From Terriglobia bacterium (lineage in GTDB: Bacteria; Acidobacteriota; Terriglobia; 20CM-2-55-15): a stretch of DNA of 64,000 nucleotides. The notes beneath the pieces are model-generated. The model worked only from the letters and a program-made list of their open reading frames with translations, searched no databases and was not told the origin of the DNA. Location: positions 256,001 to 320,000 of the forward strand of contig CBDAOY010000008.1 of the NCBI GenBank assembly GCA_965198225.1. The letters run 5' to 3'. How positions within the stretch are numbered: position 1 is the first letter of the stretch; every line of letters begins with the position of its first letter. A program made the position numbers and the translations under genes. Below, one piece after another: positions 57,957 through 64,000 of this stretch.

Positions 57957-58399
57957 GCGCGCCGGCCCCGACATCGACCGAACCGGGAGACCCCGAGCCA
58001 TACCTCCTACTCAACCGGCAGCGTAAACACAGCGTCGACCGGTACGAGCTGTCGGACTTCATAACCCTACTGGTGGACCACCTCCATCCTGCTGGAACGT
58101 TTTCAGTTGTGCTGGTCAGCGACCGCGTGATCCGCGGTCACAACGCGACTTACCGGGGCCTTGATAGGCCGACCGATGTGCTGAGTTTCCCCGGCGACGA
58201 GGGGTACCTGGGCGATGTGCTCATCTCCACGGAAACCGCCTATCATCAGGTCCGACGTTCCCGAACCGTCAGCTTTGAGACCAATCTGAAAAGACTGGCC
58301 TTGCACGGATTGCTGCATCTGATGGGCTACGACCATGAGAGCGATGACGGTGAGATGCGGGCTCTCGAACGTCGCTTGCGCCGGAGATTTCGATGTTGA
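57953..58399 (+). CDS. ybeY: rRNA maturation endoribonuclease YbeY
   Basis: PTDVLSF and [11 protein letters not shown]. Confidence 0.95.
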   Translation: MSAPAPTSTEPGDPEPYLLLNRQRKHSVDRYELSDFITLLVDHLHPAGTFSVVLVSDRVIRGHNATYRGLDRPTDVLSFPGDEGYLGDVLISTETAYHQVRRSRTVSFETNLKRLALHGLLHLMGYDHESDDGEMRALERRLRRRFRC

Positions 58400-59667
58400 G
58401 CGTGCTGGAGTTCCTGATCGCGGCCGTCCTTGTCGCGTCGTTGCTCGTGATGTCGATCCTCGATTTCGCGCTCGGAGGTGTGAACCAGATCGCGTTGCGA
58501 CGACTCGCCGACGCGTCCAGGTCGAAATCGAGCCCGCTCTGGGCCGCGATGGTCGAGTCGCGAGCGGAGGTGCTGATGGTGATCCACATCAGCATCCAGA
58601 CGCTGCTGATCGCGATAGCCGTGTTGCTCACCGGAGCGTTCCTCCGAGCACCGCTTCATGACGCTCTGGCGCTTCCGGCCGGAGCGGCGACGACTCTCGT
58701 ACTGGTTTTGGTTTTTCGGCAATTGTTACCCCGCGCAGTGGCCATCGGCAATCCTGATGACGTGTTAGCGCGGCTCGTCCCGACCCTGACCGTCCCCTAC
58801 TACCTGCTGCGCCCGCTGGTTCAGTTGATGATGTCGGTCTTGAATCGCTTTCACCGGTGGGAGGAGGAGACTGAGTCCGAAGACGAGGAGGAGGCGTCCG
58901 AAGATGAGATCCAGGCCTTCATCGACGCGGGGCAGGAGGAGGGCATCCTCGAACAGGACGAAGGAGCAATGATCCAGTCCATCGTCCATTTCGGTGACAA
59001 AGCTGCTCTCGAAGTGATGACGCCTCGGCCGCAAATCGTCGCCGCCGACGTCTCCTGGAGTGTGGATCGCACGGTCAACTTGATCGTATCCAACCGTCAT
59101 TCCCGCATTCCCGTCTACCGGACCGAACTGGACAACATGGAAGGTATCCTGCACGAGAGGGACCTGCTGCGGATCTGGAGAAGCGGGGAGCAACTCGACA
59201 ATCTGCGATCCGTCTTGCACCCGGTTCACTTTGTGCCCGAGACCAAGCCGATCGACGACCTGCTGCAGGAAATGAGGGCCGAGGGCCATCAGATCGTCCT
59301 CGTGGTCGACGAGTATGGTGGAATTTCCGGTCTGATCACCGTCGAGGATCTGGTCGAAGAGATCGTCGGCGAGATCAACGACGCGGACTCCGAAGGCGAA
59401 AAGGTGTTCGAAGAGGGTGGAGGCAGCTATCTGGTGCCGGGCGGCCTCGAACTCGACTCGATGGAAGATCGATTGGGGATGCCCCTGGTTGAGGATACCG
59501 AATGCACAACCGTCGGTGGGGCCGTGGTCGAGCTGTTCGGGAGGCTGCCCGCTTCAGGAGAGAAAATCGAACATCGGGGTCTCGCCATAGAGGTCGTCGA
59601 CGCCGACCGGCGGAAGATCCGCAGGATTCGCATCCGATCGATGACGGCTAAAGGGGGCTCCAGGTAA
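58393..59667 (+). CDS. HlyC/CorC (CNNM-CBS-CorC) transporter
   Basis: TM domain, VMTPR, HSRIPVY and VVDEYGG...EDLVEEIVGEI. Confidence 0.92.
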   Translation: MLSVLEFLIAAVLVASLLVMSILDFALGGVNQIALRRLADASRSKSSPLWAAMVESRAEVLMVIHISIQTLLIAIAVLLTGAFLRAPLHDALALPAGAATTLVLVLVFRQLLPRAVAIGNPDDVLARLVPTLTVPYYLLRPLVQLMMSVLNRFHRWEEETESEDEEEASEDEIQAFIDAGQEEGILEQDEGAMIQSIVHFGDKAALEVMTPRPQIVAADVSWSVDRTVNLIVSNRHSRIPVYRTELDNMEGILHERDLLRIWRSGEQLDNLRSVLHPVHFVPETKPIDDLLQEMRAEGHQIVLVVDEYGGISGLITVEDLVEEIVGEINDADSEGEKVFEEGGGSYLVPGGLELDSMEDRLGMPLVEDTECTTVGGAVVELFGRLPASGEKIEHRGLAIEVVDADRRKIRRIRIRSMTAKGGSR

Positions 59668-59671
59668 CTAG

Positions 59672-60992
59672 CAGGCTGCTGAAAAACTTCGTTCGTTAAG
59701 AGAACGAGGGCTTCGATTGGGAATCTCAGAGCAATGAACGCCGAGGTGAATGACGAAAGTGAGAAATCGGTCATCCGATGGAGACGGATTGAGGGGCCAG
59801 GCGATCCAGAGTGGCCTGTGTTGATCCATTCAGCAGGTCTCCATTGTGAGATTCCGTATGCGAACCATGTTGTAGGCGGCCGCGGCGAAAGTGAACATCC
59901 AGCCCACTCGATCCGCCCCGCGATGGCGCGTCTTGCGCATCGTGCCAACGGTCTTCATCCAGCCAAAGATTTCTTCGACGCGCTTGCGCTTCCGTTGACT
60001 GACCCGGTAGCTGTCGTGTCGCACGGTGCGCCGGTCGATCGCAGTGAACTGTCGTTTCTGAGCGACATGAGGTGTCACCTTCAACGCGCGTGCCTGAGAG
60101 ACAAACGACCGGGTGTCGTAGCCCTTGTCCGCACCCAGAGTTGCGCGTCCCGCTCCCGATACGCCGGCAACCATCCTCAAAGCGGCTTCGCGTTCCGCTG
60201 TCCCGGTCGCGGCGGTGACTTCGGCATCGACCACCAGTCCGTGCCGGTTGTCCATGAGCACATGTCCCATGTAATTGAGTTTCGCTTCAGTCCCAAGCGA
60301 CTTGCGAAACATCCGGGCACCCGGGTCCGTCGTCGATTGATGCGTCTGATTCGTCCGCTGTTCCCCGTGAAAATGGACATCGGGGTTCCGCGGCCCACGC
60401 CGGTTCTTTCGCCGCACCTTCCCTTTCTTTCGGAAGCTCTTCTGTCCGGCCCACGCTTCAATCAGCGTTCCGTCCACGCTGAAATGTTCATCCGAAAGCA
60501 GACGGCTCGCGCGTGCCTTCTCCACCACAGCCCGGAAGAACAACTCGGCGACTTCTCCGGCCAACAATCGGTCACGGTTCTTGGTAAACACCGTCGGTAC
60601 CCATACCTCGTCGTCCAGGCTCAGGCCAACGAACCAGCGAAACAGCAGGTTATAGTTCAGCTGCTCCATCAACATCCGTTCACTGCGGACCGTATACAGC
60701 ACCTGCAACAGCAACGCGCGCAGCAACTGCTCGGGCGGAATCGACGGTCGCCCGACACCGGAGTACATCGAATCGAATACGCCCGAAAGCTCCTCCAGAA
60801 CCTCATCGACCATTTCCTTCATCGGTCTCAACGGGTGGTCTTCCGGTACCCGGCGTTCTGGCGATATGTAACTAAACATCGACTCCTGATGGCTCTCCAC
60901 TCCTCGCATTCGGTGCCTCCTGGGCTCGTTTCGCCCAGATTCCCCCGAATCGATGTCAGCGTTGGTCCATCTCGGAGTTTTTCAGCAGCCTG
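59672..60992 (-). mobile_element. IS5-family insertion sequence (1321 bp)
   Basis: 17-bp perfect TIR CAGGCTGCTGAAAAACT; CTAG duplication at 59668-59671 and 60993-60996. Confidence 0.93.
59830..60909 (-). CDS. IS5-family DDE transposase
   Basis: GRPSIPPEQLLRA, SVDGT, GADKGYD and RKRVEEIFGW. Confidence 0.92.
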   Translation of the reverse strand: MRGVESHQESMFSYISPERRVPEDHPLRPMKEMVDEVLEELSGVFDSMYSGVGRPSIPPEQLLRALLLQVLYTVRSERMLMEQLNYNLLFRWFVGLSLDDEVWVPTVFTKNRDRLLAGEVAELFFRAVVEKARASRLLSDEHFSVDGTLIEAWAGQKSFRKKGKVRRKNRRGPRNPDVHFHGEQRTNQTHQSTTDPGARMFRKSLGTEAKLNYMGHVLMDNRHGLVVDAEVTAATGTAEREAALRMVAGVSGAGRATLGADKGYDTRSFVSQARALKVTPHVAQKRQFTAIDRRTVRHDSYRVSQRKRKRVEEIFGWMKTVGTMRKTRHRGADRVGWMFTFAAAAYNMVRIRNLTMETC

Positions 60993-61267
60993 CTAGTGGC
61001 CTGTAACGGAGATATCGGTACCAGCGTTGCGGTGGAACGGCACCGGATTCTAGGAGCCGACGACGAGGTAATGCTCCTACATTGCGAGGAGGAGAGACAA
61101 CGAAGACGGTGCCGTTCCGCCGCAACCCTCCGGGCCGATGGGGGTTGGGGTCGATCTCTTTGTCGTTCGTCGTCATGATGAAACCGCATCAATTTCTCCT
61201 CTCTCCTCGACCTCGACTGGCAAGACCCATCGGCGATGGTGCCGATATCTCCGTTACAGGCCACTAG
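60993..61267 (+). mobile_element. Structured CTAG element, copy D (both CTAG intact)
   Basis: CTAGTGGCCTGTAACGGAGATATCGG / CCGATATCTCCGTTACAGGCCACTAG, perfect 26-bp arms. Confidence 0.9.
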
Positions 61268-62158
61268 ATGGGTCTCGGGGATTTCAAGTCCGGCTTCGTC
61301 TCGATCGTCGGAAGGCCGAATTCTGGCAAGTCCACGCTGTTGAACCGGCTCGTCGGCGACAAGATTTCGATCGTGACACCGCGTCCCCAGACGACACGCA
61401 ACATCGTCCGTGGAATACTAAGTGACGCGCGCGGTCAGGTTGTGTTTCTCGACACACCGGGAATACACAAACCGGGGCACCGGATGAACGAGCGCATGAT
61501 GCGCTTCATGCTGGAATCGTTGGAACACATCGACGTGGTCCTGTTGATGGTCGACGCTTCCGTGCCCCACGGTCGCGGCGACGAGTTCGCGTTGGAACTC
61601 GTCAAGGGCTCGAAATCCCGCCGGTTCCTCCTGTTGAACAAGATCGACAAGATCGCCAAGGAAGAACTGCTACCGGCGATCGACCGATACCGGAAGAAGG
61701 CCGATTTCGACCAGATCATCCCGCTTTCGGCCCTGGACGGCGATGGCGCGGAGATCGTCACTGAGCAGCTATTCAGTTACCTTCCAGCGGGTCCGATGTA
61801 CTATCCAGGCGACCAGCTGAGCGACCAGCCCGAGCGTTTCCTTACTTCCGAAATCATAAGGGAGAAGCTGATTCTGGCGACCCGCGAGGAACTGCCTCAC
61901 GCCACGGCAATCGCCATCGAACGGTTCGAAGAAGACGAGAAGCTGGTCCGGATCCATGCCTCAGTTTACGTAGAGAGAGCGTCGCAGAAGGCCATCGTCA
62001 TCGGTAAGGGCGGCCAGCTGTTGAAGCAGGTTGGCACCGAAGCCCGCCACGAACTGGAGTCGCTCCTGCATAGCAAAGTGCACCTGGCGCTCCATGTGAA
62101 GGTCAAGAAGAAGTGGCGGGACGATGAGAAGATGCTGGAAACGCTTTTGGGGAGGTAG
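61268..62158 (+). CDS. era: GTPase Era
   Basis: GRPNSGKST, PQTTR, DTPG, NKID and KH domain VIGKGG. Confidence 0.96.
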   Translation: MGLGDFKSGFVSIVGRPNSGKSTLLNRLVGDKISIVTPRPQTTRNIVRGILSDARGQVVFLDTPGIHKPGHRMNERMMRFMLESLEHIDVVLLMVDASVPHGRGDEFALELVKGSKSRRFLLLNKIDKIAKEELLPAIDRYRKKADFDQIIPLSALDGDGAEIVTEQLFSYLPAGPMYYPGDQLSDQPERFLTSEIIREKLILATREELPHATAIAIERFEEDEKLVRIHASVYVERASQKAIVIGKGGQLLKQVGTEARHELESLLHSKVHLALHVKVKKKWRDDEKMLETLLGR

Positions 62159-62341
62159 TGTAGGTGCGCTCTATGAGCGGAACCATCTATTAGCGTCGGG
62201 CCCACCGTCCCCCTCACGACGAAAGACTGAACGTTCACGGACCGAATTGCAGTGCGTGGGCTCGCGGAGAAAGACAGTTGGTCCGGTCCCCCCACGCCAT
62301 CCTTGACCAGAACAGTGTGCGGTCATAGACCGCACCTACAC
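62159..62341. repeat. GTAG-type REP inverted doublet (REPIN-like)
   Basis: GTGTAGGTGCGCTCTATGAGCG on the left; reverse complement GTGTAGGTGCGGTCTATGACCGCAC on the right; between convergent genes. Confidence 0.75.
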
Positions 62342-62731
62342 CTACCACTCGCTGTACGGGGTTCCCTCAGACGATACTGCCGTCGAACCGCTGTGCACGT
62401 CGACTATGCCGGTCTCCAGTTGGTCGGGAATCATGGCCGTGTCGCCGAACTCCACCTGCCACGTCGTGCTCGACTCGGTGATGGGATCTTCCGGAATCTC
62501 CCGGTAGTAGCCGGCGTCGACGAGATCCTCCAGTGCCTGCGGGGCCGTCTTTTTGTCTGCCGTGTACTGGTCGATCACCGTCCGCAAGCCGTGCAGGTTA
62601 TCTTTGAGGACGGCTTCCTTCGCGCGCAGTACGACGGACTGGTACATCGGGATCGAGATGGACGCCAGGATTGCGATGATCGTCAGGACGATCATCATTT
62701 CGAGCAGGCTGAAGCCGTTCTTACCACTCAT
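62342..62731 (-). CDS. Prepilin-type (GspG-like) pseudopilin
   Basis: G/FSLLE cleavage-methylation motif. Confidence 0.88.
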   Translation of the reverse strand: MSGKNGFSLLEMMIVLTIIAILASISIPMYQSVVLRAKEAVLKDNLHGLRTVIDQYTADKKTAPQALEDLVDAGYYREIPEDPITESSTTWQVEFGDTAMIPDQLETGIVDVHSGSTAVSSEGTPYSEW

Positions 62732-63185
62732 GGTAGTTGGTTCCGTCCAGAGCGGTTCCGCCGGATCTCGTGTAGACGTCGAACACGTTAGACCCGCCCC
62801 AGGAGTTGGATTCCGGGTCGTCCTGGTACGCCCGCAGGCCCCAGTCGGTGGAGTTCGTCATGGGGTCCACGGGGACTCGGCGCAGAAACTTCATCTTACG
62901 GTCGACCTGGCCGACCTGATCGACGCCCTCGACGAGGATTTCCAGGCTCTCCGGGTAGCCTTCCGTTCCCAACGTCACCTGGATCATACCCAGGTCCGAC
63001 GCCTCCTTGTAACGATCTATCGCAACACGCATCTCGCGCAGCACGCGGCGCAACTCCACTTCCTTCTGCCGCCGAATTGAATTTCTTGCCAGCGGCACGG
63101 CGATCCCAGCGAGGATCGCGATGATCGTCGCGGTGACGATCAACTCAATTAGAGAGAAACCACGCTGGGATCTCGCTCGAAACAT
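62721..63185 (-). CDS. Prepilin-type pseudopilin
   Basis: G/FSLIE motif; FLRRVPVDPMT. Confidence 0.88.
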   Translation of the reverse strand: MFRARSQRGFSLIELIVTATIIAILAGIAVPLARNSIRRQKEVELRRVLREMRVAIDRYKEASDLGMIQVTLGTEGYPESLEILVEGVDQVGQVDRKMKFLRRVPVDPMTNSTDWGLRAYQDDPESNSWGGSNVFDVYTRSGGTALDGTNYHEW

Positions 63186-63195
63186 ACCCTTATCT

Positions 63196-64000
63196 TTATG
63201 GCACGGTGATCGGCAACTCTGCAATCTTTCCTGTCCGTGGTTGGGCGTCGGGCGCTCGGACACTAAAGCCGGTGACCCTCAATGTCGATTGTCCGCTCCG
63301 CAACCCGCGGAGGGTCAGACGCACGATGCTGCCCTCTCCCGACAGAGGGGCCGAGAGCTCGGGCCTCTCGAGGGATATGATCGCCCGGCCCGCTCCGGTG
63401 TCGATATTTTGCATGACTGCGACGCTGGCGCCGTCCTGGCTCAGGAATCCTCCGTCCACGACGTTGTCGAGCGCGACGAGAGATGGATCGAATTCGATCG
63501 TCAGGTCCGCACCGCTCATGCCCGTGGCGTTGACGTTGATGTCCAGTTCGGTCGGGCTTTCGGTTGAGAGCGTCAAGACCGCTGGATCGAACTGTATGGC
63601 GTCGGTCGGGACCGATACCGCTGCGGAGGGATCCGGAACCGCGCCCTCAGGTTCGGGCTCGGGTTCGACGATCTCGGCGTTGTCCGGTTCCGGCTCTTCA
63701 GGCTGCGGAATCGACGGCTCTCCAACCATTCCTCTAAACCGTGTGTCGGTCTCGGTACCGACAACGATACCGCGCAGGTTACGGTCGTTGATGTCGGGCA
63801 TCTTCACGATATGGGGCGTCAGAAGAATAATGATTTCCGTCTGATCCTGCTGCCGCGTCTCGGAGCCAAAAAGGTGCCTCAGGATCGGGATTTTTATCAG
63901 GCCGGGAATACCCGCAAAAGCCGTGCTTTCCGTTTCCGTGATCAACCCGCCCAGGATGTTGGTTTCACCTTCCTTTAGTCGAATCTCGTGTTGGATCGAA
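63196..64000 (-). CDS. Secretin (GspD-like) with C-terminal cohesin-like domain, 5' part outside window
   Basis: GIPGLIKIPILRHLF...EIIILLTPHIV, then beta-rich FDPSLV...GGFL. Confidence 0.85.
   Translation of the reverse strand, partial: SIQHEIRLKEGETNILGGLITETESTAFAGIPGLIKIPILRHLFGSETRQQDQTEIIILLTPHIVKMPDINDRNLRGIVVGTETDTRFRGMVGEPSIPQPEEPEPDNAEIVEPEPEPEGAVPDPSAAVSVPTDAIQFDPAVLTLSTESPTELDINVNATGMSGADLTIEFDPSLVALDNVVDGGFLSQDGASVAVMQNIDTGAGRAIISLERPELSAPLSGEGSIVRLTLRGLRSGQSTLRVTGFSVRAPDAQPRTGKIAELPITVP

Noticed and set aside
59734-60996. 420-aa plus-strand ORF
   Set aside because: Antisense shadow of the IS5 transposase with no motifs.
60993-61267. IS110 bridge-RNA interpretation of the two-domain fold
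   Set aside because: No IS110 recombinase in the window; the element has TIR-like arms with CTAG duplication, and the apparent loops close by G.A pairing.

Overview
GC-rich bacterial chromosomal window, most likely Acidobacteriota. This is inferred from the ADOP-type permeases with a PadR regulator, a small HTH gene heading pilMNOPQ, bshC-bshA and a secretin with a cohesin-like tail. The left half (1-32.7 kb) is accessory. It holds two divergent paralogous DUF1592(di-haem)-DUF1552-ankyrin clusters, two Tat-exported VOC proteins, three ADOP permeases (one destroyed by an IS4 and deletions), aquaporin-arsC, a REP-bracketed higBA, sorAB and an ECF sigma/anti-sigma/ybjQ unit. The right half is mostly core: pilMNOPQ, accBC, thiE, bshC/bshA, tRNA-Thr(CGT), amidase, alaS, recX, ilvE, lptE-holA, rpsT, phoH-ybeY-corC-era and T2SS-like genes. 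The most striking non-coding signal is a family of about 275-bp CTAG-inserting elements (4 full copies plus 1 fragment). Their sequences diverge strongly while one complex fold is kept by compensatory changes, including tandem G.A zipper hairpins on opposite strands. One copy abuts an intact CTAG-targeting IS5-family element. Other candidates are a short putative ECF-driven anti-SD sRNA, a C15 tract that fuses pilO to pilP, and several REP-like and heptamer repeat families. Several small indels and a perfect 183-bp duplication may be assembly errors. All family names come from motif recognition, not database searches.
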